Positions 1-15,165 of a DNA stretch of 64,000 bases are shown piece after piece (within the stretch, counting starts at the first letter, position 1; each line of letters begins with the position of its first letter). Below the pieces are notes generated by a model. The model was not told where the DNA came from and did not search any database. It saw only the letters and a program-made list of their open reading frames with translations. Origin of the DNA: Chrysomallon squamiferum. Lineage: Eukaryota > Animalia > Mollusca. Made by a program: the position numbers and the translations under genes. The stretch lies in NCBI GenBank assembly GCA_012295275.1, contig CM022673.1, positions 15,004,001-15,068,000 on the forward strand. The letters are read 5' to 3'.

Positions 1-236
1 AAAAACAACAAAAAAACCCTCTGCTTCATTTTAGTAAAAGCAACAAATAAAAAATTAAATGACTATTAAGACATATCTGTCTGTTAAATTAATAAATGTC
101 TATGTAAAAATATTTTTATTGCATGTTTTGGATGAACTTGCCAGTTTGAAAATACCATGTAAGTTGTTTTTTTTACAACTTAACTTCAATGCTGCTTTTA
201 AATGTACAATAACTAACTAACTAACTAACTAACTAA

Positions 237-283
<47 letters not shown>

Positions 284-761
284 AATAAAATAAAATAAAA
301 TAAAATAAAATAAAACAAAACAAAAATATTCCTAAATAATTTAAAATTTTAGAAAGTAAATTTTGACTTTTGATGACGCATAAACTGATTTAGGAATTTT
401 GTGTTAAAGTAAACCCATTTTAAAAAAAAAAATAATTGTGTTCATTCATTTTTTTTTCTCTCTTTCTCAAGAAAAGTCAGTTTTTTAAATATCTCTTTTC
501 TGTTTGTAAAATACATATGTCCACACCCCACACCCACCCACAAATAATTACAATACCAAAAAAATGCAAACTATTTGTGTCCACTCTTTGATAGATGTTT
601 TTTGTGACTGATACAAACACAACCCTGTGGTGATGGATTCCTTATTGACACGGACAACTGACCCACCACATTTTTCTCTTGATCTGTGACCTCAAAACAA
701 AGGCCACTGAGCCCCACACATTATTGTGACAAGGCAGGAAAGAGCTAAATATGATCTCTCT

Positions 762-807
<46 letters not shown>

Positions 808-1540
808 ATTATTTATTAATTATTTATTAATTTTTATTATTAGTATTTATTTATTATTATTGTTGTTGTTGTTTGTTCTTTTTGTACTGTATATCCTTAA
901 AAAATATGTATTTCTTACCTTTTTCTTAAGTTCTACATAACATAAACAAAGATGAAGAGTGAGAGAGAAAAATAATAATAATAAAATAATCAGACATGTA
1001 CATATGTATACAAATACATGCACTTTTAAAAGCAGTGATACACATTAAATTTAAAATAATTATAAACTGCAAAATAATTATTTTCTATTTCTAACCTTAA
1101 TTTTTTTTTATAAATATCTAACTAAAAAAACAAAAGTGTATTAGAATTTTTTAATATTTCATAAAAATTTAAAAAAATAAAAAAAAATAAAATGGTCTTC
1201 TAGGTTTGAATAACACACTCATGTTTAAAGGTAAAAACGTCAAACTTTGATTAGCCCGAGAAGATCGGCAAAGAACATTTAGAATAGGAAGCCATTACTC
1301 TTGATACAAATCATATGTCTTCAAAGAAAGAATAAACATATTTCATAATGCCAAACCCATAACAATAACAAGCACATGTACAATAATTTAAAATATTACA
1401 CCCAGCCACATATATTTCATGGCAAATATGTATACTTATTCTTAGCACAGATTAAGTTTAAAAGGGTTTTTTTTTTTTTGCTTTTACTTTAAAAGTCTTG
1501 GAGTCATTGAAATTTAATATCATACTGAAAATTACTGCAT

Positions 1541-1598
<58 letters not shown>

Positions 1599-2672
1599 AA
1601 AAAAAAAAAGACATTGCAAAAGATAGAAAAATAAAAATTCTAAATTACAAATAAATAAATAAATAAATAAAACAAAAAACTCACAAAGAATAAAAATAAA
1701 TTTTACTTTCTCCAGAAATCAATAACAAATTCTATTTTTTGTTTTAATATCTGTTTAATTAATTTTTAATTTTTTAATTTTTATTTTTATTTCTGTATAG
1801 CCATGAACAAACTATAAATCCTGCATTTCAGAAATAGAATGGACATGCATCACTAAGATGGAGTAATTTTCAGGTTGAAATACATTTATACACAAAATTA
1901 AATCCATTTGAACTTGAAAATTATTTACATATCAACTAACAAAAATATACCAACCACAGGTCAGCTTCATGTCAAACAAAAATTGCTTTGGTTTAGTTTT
2001 GTATAACACCAACATGATAAAGATTTTCTTCTCTCTCTTTTTTTCAATTTTGGTAATAATTTTTCTTGGAAGAAACTTTGAAAGATGAAGAACATCATGC
2101 TATCTCCATCAGACTCCAGACAAAAGAGAAACTTTTTTTTTTTTCCCCCTGTAATGGATGTACATTGTAGAATTCTATTACAATTTCAACAAGGTCATCT
2201 GCTTTCACCAATTTTCATTATGTACCAAGATGTACTTTCATTTCTTAATATAAAAATATTAGATTACATTTTTTTTACTTTTTTAAATAAATATTTTGTT
2301 ACACTGAGATTTATTCTCCACATTCAGGAACCTGTAACAGACATATAGATTGATAAAATAAAATAAAAGATTTAAAATTAGAAGTTAAGAAACAGGAGAG
2401 AGAGAGAGAGATAAATGTACAGGTATACATGAGCAATACTAGTACAGAAAAAAATAATATCATGTCAATACTAAATGTGTGTCTGTGTTTGTCTGTGAAT
2501 GATTTAATACCAGTGTCATAACTATTTTAAAGTTACATCTACATTATTATTAGCTTCTCACTTATTTGGTTACTGTATTAAATGGTATAAAAAGGCTATT
2601 TGAAAACGATGCCCAAGTATGTTACTCTTTTACATAACCTTGTAAATCATCACATCCACATACTCTCTCTAT

Positions 2673-2719
<47 letters not shown>

Positions 2720-3489
2720 CTGATCTCTCACATACACACATAAACCATCTTGCAAACAAGATCAAAAACTATTTATCAATATATGACTCTTATCAATTTT
2801 TTTTGTCCACCAATTATGCACAGCTCAAGTAATTCCTGTGATCAAAGCATCACCAAACAAAGAGTACAGAAGATAGAAATCATTCATGTATATTGATTAA
2901 GAAACAGTTCTGTGGAATCGAAGCACACTGAGAATAACAGGCTGCCACCTTTACATGAAAACATGTGGAGACATTCACAAGAATTGGTTAATGTGTTCAA
3001 GACCTTTCAAGAGATTAAAAATAACAACTGATGGAAAGATCATGTCATGACTCAATATTGAACCTGTCCTTGAATATCTGACATCTGTTTGTTATGTGAA
3101 AGATACTAATTATAAATTACCTATTTATTTTATCTCTACCTAATTATCCATCCACTTCAATCAATCTATCTACCTACCTACCCACCTTCTCTCTCTCTCC
3201 ATTTATCTATCTACCTACCAATCCACCCATTTATCTGTATTTGGTCTTTTTATCTTTCTACCTCCATACCTAATCATTTCTCTCTACGCATCTACTTATC
3301 TGTCTCTATGTATGTATATGTACCTACCTATCTACTGACCCATATATTTTGTATCTATGTGACTATATGCCATAACATATATCTTGTTTTGTTTTTTTCT
3401 TTGTCTCAAAATACCTGCCTAATGATATATATAGTGTATGTACCTTTCTATCCATCCATCAATACATTTATGTATGACAGAGATTATAT

Positions 3490-3790
3490 ATTTTCTGCAC
3501 TTTATTTACAATTGAGTCTTATCCAAAATCACTATCAAAATCATTAAATATATTTATTAATTTTTACTTAATTGTTTTCCACTCTTTATTTACAGCTAGA
3601 CCATGTCTAATATCAACTGAAAATCATTACATTTATTTATCAATATTTACTTTTTTATTGTCTACACTTTATTTACAACTAGGCCTTGTGTATTATCGCT
3701 AGTAGTATCAATTATTTTTTCAATATTTACTTATTTATTGACTGAACCTTATTTACAACTACACTTTGTCCAATATCACTAGCAAAATTA
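3490..3790. repeat. Degenerate ~80-bp tandem repeat, about 4 copies
   Basis: The core CTTTATTTACAAC/ACTTTATTTACA followed by ...AATATCACTA...AATATTTACTT recurs near 3500, 3584, 3667 and 3748. Confidence 0.7.
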
Positions 3791-4176
3791 ATAATAGTAA
3801 ATCTTTACCAACAATCCATAAACAGACTTGTTACCACAAAAATATGTCTCTTGCTGTCTAAGTCACCATTAAACTATCATATTACATGCATGTATATGTT
3901 AGAAATCACCCCACAGCAATAAACCTATCTCTAGTGTTGTCAGCTAATGACACATTTATTTTCAAGAAGTCCTGAATAGTTTGATCAAGGAGATGATTGT
4001 CTGCATTCTGAGATAAATCAAAATGTATTTATTGCTGAAACTGAGACTCACCAATTACTGCTATTTGTTTACTGTTTATCATGCAGAGAGAAAGAGAGAG
4101 ATGTGTAACTGATCAATTATAATAAAGGTGACAGTATCTGTTTTGTTTTCAGAACTATTTAAAAAATTCTTTCTTT

Positions 4177-4214
<38 letters not shown>

Positions 4215-5638
4215 ATGTAGTTTATCCAGTATATACAATTACCATAGTATGTACTTTCCTATTTTACACACACACACACACACACACATTCTCACAGTCA
4301 GAGACATACAAAGATGGAAGACCACAGTAAAACAGTATTAGATGGGATTTTTCATACTATCACTGCAAAGCATATTCATATTGACAACTCTTACAATTAA
4401 CATTTCCTTACAAAGTCCTATTGAAATAATTTCTATCAGTTAGTGACCATTTCATCCTTATATATTTCTGAATTAAATGATAAACATTTTAAACAAAGGA
4501 TTCTACAAAGCAGTGGCTGGGCAGTTTCAAACCAGATCATGATTTATGGCTAGCAGTTAATTAAGGAACAGAATTAAAGGGAAACAGATTCTAGTAATTT
4601 GATTAATGTGTCTGTTTTAATATGTTTCCAATTTGTATTTTGTTTTTCTTTTTTCTTATCTCTTTTTTGTTTTTTAACACTGGTTTGATTAATAATAGAT
4701 AAAAAAAAAAAAAAAAAAAATAAAGATAAAATATAAGAAAATAAAAAAAACAAAAACAGTATATGTATACAATTTTTAAAATTGTTACTGTCAATCTCTC
4801 TTTCTCTTACATACACACAAACACAATCATTAAGAGCACTTCAGACAAATGAAACGATAATTCCATAAAATAATAGTACTTAAAACATCATAATGGAAAG
4901 AACCATTACAGTAGATAAATAACCATAATTGAATAGTATGAAAAATAGCAGCCTATTTTTCATAACCTACGTACATATTTTCAAAACAAGAACAACAGAC
5001 AAAAGAAACAAAACAAAACAACAACAGTAGCAAAGCCGAGATACAGATTCTTTGTATTATTAATTAACATGTCCCATACATGCACAAATGTTTATCTCCA
5101 GATTATGAATATATGATGAGGAAGTGCATGGATCACAGTAAATTAGAAACAGCAGAAATGATTCCCTGTAGATTTCCACTGATGTGAATTCATGGCAGCT
5201 GCCAGTTTCCAGTCTGAATGGTCAGAGAAGTAATGTTCTTGTCTGGCTGGACCATTATTTTCAGATGTGGTGTTATTAACCTGCAGCGAATTCAACAAGA
5301 AATCTTCATGGAATTGAACTGTCTTTCTGCAGTGCCTGATTGATCACGGCAAGGCCAGGTTGACTGAATGTCTTCTCTCATCATCGAACTGAACTGACAT
5401 TTTCTAGTAACTTCATTATCACTGTCACACCACCTAGAATCTCTCTGTCTTCCTTCTTACCCTGTCTCTTGCTTTCAGTGTTTCACCTGTGTCTAAATAT
5501 ACTTCCTCTCTCAGACAGATATGAAGGTATACACATATTTACAGAGAAATAATAAAAGAAAGTGATTACCTCTAGACTAGAACACACAAACCCATTTTTT
5601 TTTATTGTCTAGGTCAAAACTCATACATTCACACTAAG

Positions 5639-5697
<59 letters not shown>

Positions 5698-6609
5698 CTA
5701 TTTCTCTCCATGCATATTCCACACATCATACAAACACAACATTGTCTCACGCAATCACACACTTACATAAACTGAGGATAATAACAGACTAATACCAAAA
5801 TGAGTTAAGTAACTATCCCATTCAGTTGCAGCCCCAGCAATTAACCAGCTACCCTCCTAGCAGTAGACTGTACTTGACCTGCATAACACGTCAAATTAGC
5901 CATTCAGTCAATACAAAGAGCTGACCAGAACAGTGAAGTTCCAATAGACTTCACAATATCAGCAGTTGAACAGGATGTGAAATCAGTAAGCTAACAAAGA
6001 CTAGTGGAAATTGCTGGAGGTAGGATCTTTTCCAATCAATCACTTGAAGCAGCGATTCCTGCAGTTCCATCAATGGCAACTATCAGTCTGTGGACTCTAA
6101 TAACAGACTCTGAGAGCTGTAATTATATTATTAAATATGCTGGCTAATTCACAAATATTAACAATGTATGGCAAAATATGAATTTTTTCCGATTCTACCT
6201 CTGTAGTTACTGCATGTGACTTTAATATAAATTACCAAGCACATGCAAACACCTTGGAGCGACATAAAACTTAGTGACAGAGTGTTAATATGAGGTATAA
6301 TGGAGAGCTGAGTTGATCTTTCTCAGTGTTTGTCCAGTTCCAACCTGTACCTCATGACTTATACAACCATGGCAAGCACTTTAATGACTCTACTCAGATG
6401 GAATATTTAAAATAAAACGTTACAACACATTGATCGTCTCTCTATACTTTGGGTTATTTTCAGTTCTAACCAGTGCTCCATCATTACAAAACCATCCTAT
6501 GTGCTTTAATATACAACACACGTACACATTCACAGATATAATACATAATTATATATCTATGTATATATGTAGTTTAGGATTTTGAATATTCTGTCTTATG
6601 TATATCTGA

Positions 6610-6765
6610 ATTGATTCTGCACATAGACAACATTTGGGAACGTGCTGGTGCAGGAGGACAAAGTTACGAACCCTGTCACATACCGCTGACTCGAATGTAT
6701 GGCACCCATTTGCCCACACTCCAAAGGTGGACGATGTTACTGTTCGGCCACAGAGATGACCCTGT
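6610..6765 (-). mobile_element. tRNA-derived SINE-like remnant
   Basis: The minus strand reads GTGGCCGAACAGTAAC (A-box-like) then CATTCGAGTC (B-box-like). The stretch is locally GC/CpG-rich and sits next to (TATG)n. Confidence 0.4.
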
Positions 6766-7909
6766 ATGTATGTATGTATGTATGTATGCAGTGGCATGCA
6801 GAGGTCAGATAATGCCTGGGGCCAACTCTGTGACTGTATGACCCAAAGACTCAAGTATCAAAGACTCAAGTATAAGTCCTAGTACTAAGAAATATTATGA
6901 CACAAATGACACTTTATTAAGTTTATTAAGTTCTTTTCTCTGATTGGATGTCTGGAGCCGCCGTCCTTTGCCCCCCCCTATATATATATATGAGAACTGA
7001 TATTTAAAATATCTCTTACTCCAAACTTACTGTTGGGACTAGCCAGAACAATAATAGCAACTGGCTTCCTGTTACCAAATTTAGAAAACAATGTTACTTA
7101 ACAAAAACAATACACACTTAACATCTAATAATATATCATAGTTAAACATTTTATGTCTCATCAAACAAACATTTATACTCTCATTCAGTAATTAAGTATA
7201 ACAGAACTTTAAATGAAGATAATAACATAAATACACAGGTTTTAAAACTGTTCAAAGATTTTGATTATCTGCCAAATATTCTAGCTGTCAACAGGGGAAG
7301 ATGTGTTAGGACAAGCTAATGACAGATTTACTAGAATAACAACAAGAATTTTACAGTACAGCTTGTGTAAACAAAAATCTTTTGTAAAAGCCAACTGACC
7401 TGAAGAAAATGCTCTCCTAGTATTCCTGTGGAGTTTAAAAACTAAATAAATAAAAAGAAATGAAGTGCTTAGATGTCTGTGTTTAAAAACTAAATAAATA
7501 CCAAAAAGAAGTGATGTTGTTAGATTGTTGCTGTTTTATCACTGGTAGATGGGTTTTGTGTGTGTGTGTGTGTGTGTGTGTTTTTAATGTTAAACAAATA
7601 CATGGATATTGTGTCAGGTGCAGTAGAGTATCTTAAAAGACACTGTTTGTATTTACAAATGTTTAACTCATTGTTAGTTCAACAGAGTGACCTTTGCCAT
7701 GTTTTAACAAATGTTTAATGACCTCTACAGGTCAAAGTTTACTGAAACCACAACCTGTTCTGATTTTTACCTGTAATCAAGAGAGTGTGTTGAGGAAATG
7801 AAAAATAAATAAATTGTAGGTTAGAGTTGAACTCAAAGGATATGCTGAATTAAGCAAAACATGGCAGATGATGCTTTTAAAGAGGACTTGATGTAAACTG
7901 GGTGTAGCA

Positions 7910-8075
7910 GTAATAATAATAATAATAATAATAAGAATAATAATAAGAAGAAGAAGAAGAAGAAGAAGACGAAGACGAAGAAAAAGAAGAAGAAGATGAT
8001 GATGATGAAGAAAAAGAATAATTAAGAAAAAATGAAGAAAATGAACAACAACAAGAACAACCAACAAAACCAATA
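7910..8075. repeat. Compound trinucleotide microsatellite (TAA)n-(GAA)n-(GAT)n-(CAA)n
   Basis: Directly visible; explains spurious ORF 7777..8079. Confidence 0.9.
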
Positions 8076-9523
8076 ACAAATATGATAAATTTAAATACTT
8101 TTTTTGATAGTTTGGTTCTTTAGGAAGTAAAATCTTGTTACTATTTCAGCCATCTGTCTTGTGACAGAAAATACTGTAGAAAAACATATGGAAAACAAAT
8201 ATTAAATGACCAAAAAAAAAAAAGTATTGAAATTTTAATCTCCTCCCAATTTGTTTCAATTCCCAATCTGGCCATAAATACTTGAAACCAATCATATGGA
8301 AAGCTGAAATAGGATAACAATCAAATATTTACGATGTTGCATACACACACACATATGCTCAGACCTTTAAACCTATCCAGCACAATCACTCAATAAATTT
8401 AATCAATCTTCAATAATGCACACGGCTGCGCCATCGAGCAATAAAATAAGATTGAGATTTCATGCATGGGGAATCGCAAACACCCCCAGTAAGACCAGCG
8501 ATAAATTGCCGACTTTGCTCCATTAATAATGGAACAATGCTAGAAAAGAAGATTTGAGAGCTGGATTGATCTCAAATGTTATTCTTGGAAGATTTACATA
8601 ACTGCATAAGAAGAAAGAGAAAACACATGTTGTGTGTATTCAGCAGAGAGAGAGAGAGAGAGAGAGAGAGATATCTACAGTCTTGCCACTCAATGTTAAA
8701 CAGAATTGTGTAGTATGTTATTATGATTTCTGGCAAACAGTCAGATCTGTGTGTGTGTATCTCTGACTACTGTTTGCTGTTCTTTTTAACCTGCTTATTG
8801 TGGTTATGTAACATTTTCACAACCTTACAGTCTTACAGCCAGAAATATAGATGTGTTTAGATATAAAAATCTACTTGTCTTTTGTTATAAAACAGCATTT
8901 TTCAACTATCCCTTCCACAAACTGATTGGCACTTGACTTTCTTAGTAAGAAGGAACTTCTGACTTAAATGCTCATTCATGTGTACATTCATGTACAGATA
9001 TATATATGTATGAAGCTATATAGATAGGTAGATAGGTAGGTACACACATAGATCTGACTAGGAAGGTAGGTACCATAAATACACAAACAAATATATATAA
9101 ATAATGTATAACCCATCTAATATTTGTATGTATGGGCGTATAGTATGTACGTATGTTTGTGTATGAATGTATGTTTGTATGTATGTATATATGAAGAACA
9201 TATGTGTGTGCGTATAACTAAACAATAATATTTAAAAAATCTGCAACCCAATTAAAATTAAGTTCAACAGAACCTCTTCTGTATTCTTTTCTACAGTTAT
9301 GATTAATAATGAACACTTCATTTCAAAGATGCTAATTTTTGTTTTATATTTTTCTTGGAAAGATAAGATATGGACTTCCATTTGTTGTTGTTTTTGTTGT
9401 TATTTTTAGCTGAGGATGTGATCAATATAAACGCACTCTCGGCAGAAGATAAAGTAATTAATTAGTAGACCAGAGCGTACTGACTAGTCACAGGATTGGA
9501 GATGTACAAAACTCAGAAAATAC

Positions 9524-10210
9524 TGTTTGTGAAACAACCTGGCCATGACAGATCAGCCAACACAAATGTAATTATCTTTGTGTCATGGCATGTGCATCTT
9601 GTTTAATTATGCAGGGAAATATAGAGTATCTTGTCACATGCTTTATATTTGATTTGACAGGGAGAGGGAGAGAGAGAGAGAGAGGGTCAGAGAAAGCGAA
9701 GAAGTGGAGTGATAAAGAAAGGAATCAGAGACACATATCAGACTGAGACAGAGCATTCATGAAAAATAAACAGGGAAAGAAACTTGGATACAATGGATAC
9801 TAGAAGTAGATAATGTTCTCACAGTTTTCAGATTACACTGAATTTAGAAAAATATAGTGCAAAAACCAGAATACCAAAAAAAAAAAAAAATGTCAAGATT
9901 GAAATAAAAAACCGAATGATAGAAAATCCAGAAAAACACATTAAGAAAATAGGAAAAAGAAATATTAAAGTGAAGACATTGGTACATAACAAGAATCTCC
10001 CAACATTATTAAGATAGAGTAATTAATTAGTTGTCTGTCAGTATACATGCTATAGGAATGAAGTTCTATACACTCTGGGACTTGTGTTTGTGAAAAATGC
10101 CTGGCTGTGATAGATCAGCAAACGCAAATGTGATTATCTCTGTGAATCTTATTTCATTTAGAAGAGAAATACTGAGATAATTTGTCACAAGCTATGTATC
10201 TCATTTGTCA
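9524..10210. repeat. Dispersed ~140-bp direct duplication (9524-9660 and 10085-10210)
   Basis: TGTTTGTGAAA..CCTGGC..TGA.AGATCAGC.AAC.CAAATGT.ATTATCT.TGTG...TTGTCACA.GCT occurs twice, each copy followed by a GA-rich tract. Confidence 0.75.
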
Positions 10211-10259
10211 GACAGGCTGACTGAATGACATAGCATGAAATATAGTGTGTGTGAGAATT

Positions 10260-10261
<2 letters not shown>

Positions 10262-10336
<75 letters not shown>
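10262..10336. repeat. (GA)n microsatellite
   Basis: Directly visible. Other long examples: 1544-1594, 32272-32367, 41206-41311 (CT), 30688-30752 and 46013-46145 (CA). Confidence 0.95.
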
Positions 10337-10340
<4 letters not shown>

Positions 10341-10769
10341 TTTTAAGAAAAAAATTATAGATATTTAGAATAAAATAACACAGAAAGAAACAAAAGAGAA
10401 AGAATAAAAAATATTAAAAAAAAATAAAGAAATCTGGTACAGTAAATTTTATGTGAACAGCAAAGCAAAATATCAGATGAATTAGGAAACAGAAATAGAA
10501 GAGAGAGAGAAAAAATGAAATGGAATGAAATAACAAAATGAAAAGATAAAATAAAGAAAAAATAAATAAATTCCCCCCCAAAAAACCTTAAAGTTAAAAA
10601 TTAATAATAATAATTATAATAAAATGTGGAAACTTTAAAACAAAATAATTTTTAAAAAGACAGAACAAAAGAAATTAAGAAAGAAAGAAAGTTTTGGCTT
10701 GCAGACTAATGAAGAAAACACTACTACGCACACACAAAATGAAAAACTGCACATAAAAACTTGACCTAC

Positions 10770-10866
10770 CTTTCCACTTCTTTGTGTGGATATATCCCAA
10801 CTGGCGATGTTCTTTCTAGGGTGCAGCCAGTTTTCTCCTTCGCTCTTTATCTAAACCCAGCTGCTT
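10770..10866 (-). other. Candidate non-coding (5'UTR) exon of a minus-strand gene
   Basis: Minus strand: polypyrimidine tract, tandem acceptors TAG|AAGCAG|, a GC-richer ~91-97 nt body, and donor AAG|GTAGGT. Stops in all three frames and no ATG. Confidence 0.4.
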
Positions 10867-13800
10867 CTACATTTAAAAAAAAAAAATACAGATATGTATA
10901 TACTAGAACTTGAACCAACAATAAGAGGAATATGTCAGAAAAATTATAAAGAATCACTTATGATTTCAAGACTCTTTCTAAGTATGGTCTCTGGTACCAT
11001 AACAGATCTAATTTTGAAGAAAAACGCATGCAGTTCATGTGAGGTTAGCCTGGGTTTTTTCTCTTTCTGTTACCAAGCAGCTTAAAGTTTGTTTGAAAGA
11101 TACATTCAAAATGAATACTTGTGTTTACTTTGTAAAACAGTAAGAAAATGTTCTGTATTAGTTACTAAGCAACCTCGGGATAATTTGAAAGAATATTCAA
11201 ATAAATACTTTTGACATTTATGAAATGTAGTGAAAGCTGTGGTATTACCAGGCAACATGAAGTTGTAATGATGTAAAACAGTGTAAAATTCAAGCATGAT
11301 TTTATGAAAAAAATTATGACAAGAGAACAAATTAAATAAAATAAATTAATTTATGAAAGAGTTTTAAGCAATATAAAATATATATTTATATAAAAAAATA
11401 TTAAATTTAATTAAACAAAAACGAAATGTAAAGAATAAATAAATAAATAACAGTGGTGATAACAACAAAAACAACAATAATAAAATAAAATATAATAAAT
11501 TCTAGTTAATCAAAGAATGCTTTTAAGAAAACTCCCATTAAATTACCATAAATATCTTTTAAATAAAGCCAATAAGGTATTAATGTTGCATATACATCAA
11601 ACACCATTGCTACATATAGCAGAAAACCTATATAAATTTTAATTAAATATTTCACTTTTGTTTTCTCATTTCTCAGACATTTTATAAATAGAATTTATTT
11701 TATATCTGATAAAACTGTAATTAGTATTGTGAACATTTGCCATATTCTTTGAACATCTAAAGTACATTAAATATTTAATAAATGTAATTTATTGAAATTT
11801 TGATATTATAACATTGTTTATTTCACTATATATATAGTTTGATATAATAATTAACCTTATATTCATTTTCACTAATCATATTATACCACTATTTTTATGA
11901 AAAGGAATTTATTCAAAGTTTGATATCATAATCAGTATTATATTCATTTGCGTTCTAGTTTGAATATATAACTTTCAAAATGATATTGTAATCAATATTA
12001 GGTTTATATATATTAAACTGATTACCTCATAAATATTATAAATCAAATATTTTCAGTATTTTAAATCTTCATTTGCAATTACGTACATATGCACTACAAT
12101 GTAAATATATATTAAAAGATAAAAATAGATGAAAAAGAAGAAACTTTAAAAAATCCTGACAATGGTTAACAGATGTAGATGTTTCTACAGACATCAGGGA
12201 TAAATGATTTGTTGCCTGTAGAAAATAAAATAAGATTAACACTTTAAACAAGCTTTGTGTTCTGTCTATTAGCTTACATACATTAACAAACTGTTTGGCA
12301 AAGATGGATTGAGTTAAGGGAATTGTCCATCGAAGTTTTTAGCTAATCAGATCAGGGAACAGATTATCTGATAACAGTCTAACAAGTTCAAGCAATTAAT
12401 CTATCTAGTGTGCTGAAACAACTACAGAAATAAAGATTTTATCATTACTGGATGGAGAAGAAAAAAAATTTAATGAGGGGTTCAGCATATATATATGAGA
12501 GAAAGAATGAGAAAGAGGGAAAGAGGAGGAGAGAGAGAGAAACTTGACATGGAATGGCAGAGTCAGAGAAAAATAAAAACAGGGAAGTACTCACCATAGA
12601 TTTTGATAAGAAAAAGTCATAAAATAAAGTCATAAAATGAAGAGTACACTAATGTGACTCAAACATTCCTTTACCCACCAAGTTAAATCCTCCACTGCCT
12701 TCTCCCTTCCCAGAAAAACACAGATAGACAAAGAAAGTGGAAAACTCATTGAGATAAAAAGATGGAGAAACAATGACAGAAAACAAAAAAACTAATTATT
12801 GTCTATGGCTGAGTTTGGCAAAGTAGTCAATATTGACTATCAAAGGGGTGGCAAAGGGGAAAAGGGAATTGAGATGGGATAACAAAATGCAAACTGAAAT
12901 GAATGTTAATGAAAATCGGTAATGAAGGAAAACAACAATGAATTATTACCTTTAAATAGAGAAAATGATTTTTGATGATTTATTTATTTATTTTACAAGC
13001 TGGGGTGGGTTGATGAATGATCAAGGATTCTATGAAAAGGTCTATGTTGAAAAAGTTTGCCTTATCTTGAGTAAAAAAGTTAAAACAGATCAGCAAAAAG
13101 ATGTATCATTACTTTTTGTTGTTTTTTTCTTTTATCTTTTTTCTTTTTCTTTAAAAAAAAGAAAAAAAAAAGAAGTATACTATTTCAACTAAATAAACAT
13201 TCTACAGAAGATTTAAGAGGTTTCTTGGTATAATCATATAAATCATTTCCAATTAATTTTTTTCAACCCTGAAATGAATCCATTAGTTTCAGTGTGGCTT
13301 TCTCAAAGCTATTGATAAGCAGCACTTAACTTTATTTTTTATACAGAGAATCTTTTTGCTTCTTTTTTTTATGGGCCAATTAAAAGTTCATGAAGACTTT
13401 CCTAAACACACAACCCATGAACCTTGACTAACTACATGGAAAACAGAAGTCAGATTCTTTACTGGTTAACTGTGATATATTATAAGCCTGTGTCATAAGA
13501 TCCTGTATGCCTGTCATGGGCATTTTATAAATCACTATATAACTGTATGTCATTATAAGGTTTTCTGTTAATGAATTTAAAGACAAGTTCTAGTAAAAAG
13601 TATTCCTGTTAGTAATAATATAATCCTGAAAGCTAACTATTGTCTAGATAGAATTGTGGTTAGTGTGTTTGAAGATTAGTTAGAAACACTAACTTCTAGT
13701 ATTTAACAGTATGGAAAAAAGGAAACATTTTAATAAAAGAGCTGTATTTTCATAATCTGAATAAGCATGAATTATTTACAAAAACAATTCCATGGAAAAA

Positions 13801-14839
13801 CATTCAGACAAGCCTATCAAGGGAACATCCTTCCAAGAATTGAAGATAAAATATATAAATATTTACATCTTTATATCCAAACACATCCATCATGGCTTAC
13901 TATCTAATGTGTTCATCTGCCTTGACTGTGACAGATCTCTGTATAATACTTGTACATTCAATGTTTTTATTATTTTATTAGCATTAATCTCGATGGTACA
14001 TAGATTAAGCTATCAGCCTTAAGCATAGTATGTACTGAGATCATAGCCTGCCAGTTACCAAATCAGATCAGGGCTAATTTCAGAGTTCTAGACCAGTGCT
14101 AATCTATCTTTTCAATGTAATCATCTGAGACACTAATTACTATGTTTAAAACCTAATTTCTACAATTTTGTGTCCAAAACAAGACATACCTGAACATTCC
14201 ATGGCTGCAAGCATGTTCAACAGACTCATGCATTTATCTTACGTCTGTACACACATTAACAAAGTTACAGATGTAATCAAACAGTTACCTATGTACTTAT
14301 ACTAGCAGACATTAATCAATTTATTTCTCATTGCACAAATCAATTCATTACCACAGATCCCTGTATTTACTGAAATTCCTCACACAGTCTACTCACACTG
14401 AAATCTCCACCAATCCAATCTACTATGAGACTGCAGTTAGTCACTAAAAGCTTTGGCTAGGAAGGAAGTGGTGTCTATGTATGTGAATTCTTTATGTGAT
14501 GAAATGCAAGTAGATTTACTGCTATCACACTACACACTCCATCAAGCAGTTTGCACACAAAACAAGCTGAGATAATTGTAGTGTAAAGTTCTTTCCATGG
14601 CCATCACACTCATCTCGCACCTTGATGACCTCGGAATATTAACTCTTATTGCTTCCTGCATGCAGTAAGTACACACAAAGCAAAGGTCAAGCAGAACCGA
14701 GTTTCAGATCAGTTTGTGTTTTAGATTTATTTTGAGTACTTTATTCAGGTCATGGGACAAATCCAAAAAAAATGTACATGCTGGGTTGAACTCTTCAATT
14801 AAATGTACCCCTCACTCCACCCCTAAGCAAGATTTTGAT

Positions 14840-15165
14840 ACCATAAGCTAGAAATGTGATCACTCTGTTGTGGCATTCTCTACCTGTTTTATTTATATGT
14901 GCTAAATGTGTATCTTCTTATGTAAGATAGAAATTTTGATAATCTGTGGCATTCTCTACATGTTTTATTTCTATATGCTAAATGTGTATCTCCTTACCAT
15001 AAGACAGAAATTTTATAATCTGTGGCATTTACTACAGGTTTGATCTCTTGATTACTGCCTGAATTCTAAATAGGCATCTTCTTACTATAACACAAAAACT
15101 TGTGGTATTCTCTACATGTTTGATGCCTACATCACTGCTATGCTAAAATGGTATCTGCTTACTGA
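14840..15165. repeat. ~77-bp tandem repeat, about 4 copies
   Basis: TGTGGCATTCTCTACATGTTT...TGCTAAATGTGTATCT.CTTAC.ATAAGA.AGAAATTTT recurs at about 14868, 14945, 15021 and 15101. Confidence 0.85.

Noticed and set aside
14840-15165. Regularly spaced repeats as a possible CRISPR array (also 17560-17835, 20325-21250, 37852-38170)
   Set aside because: Whole units are homologous with no unique spacers, there are no cas genes, and the context is eukaryotic; these are minisatellites.
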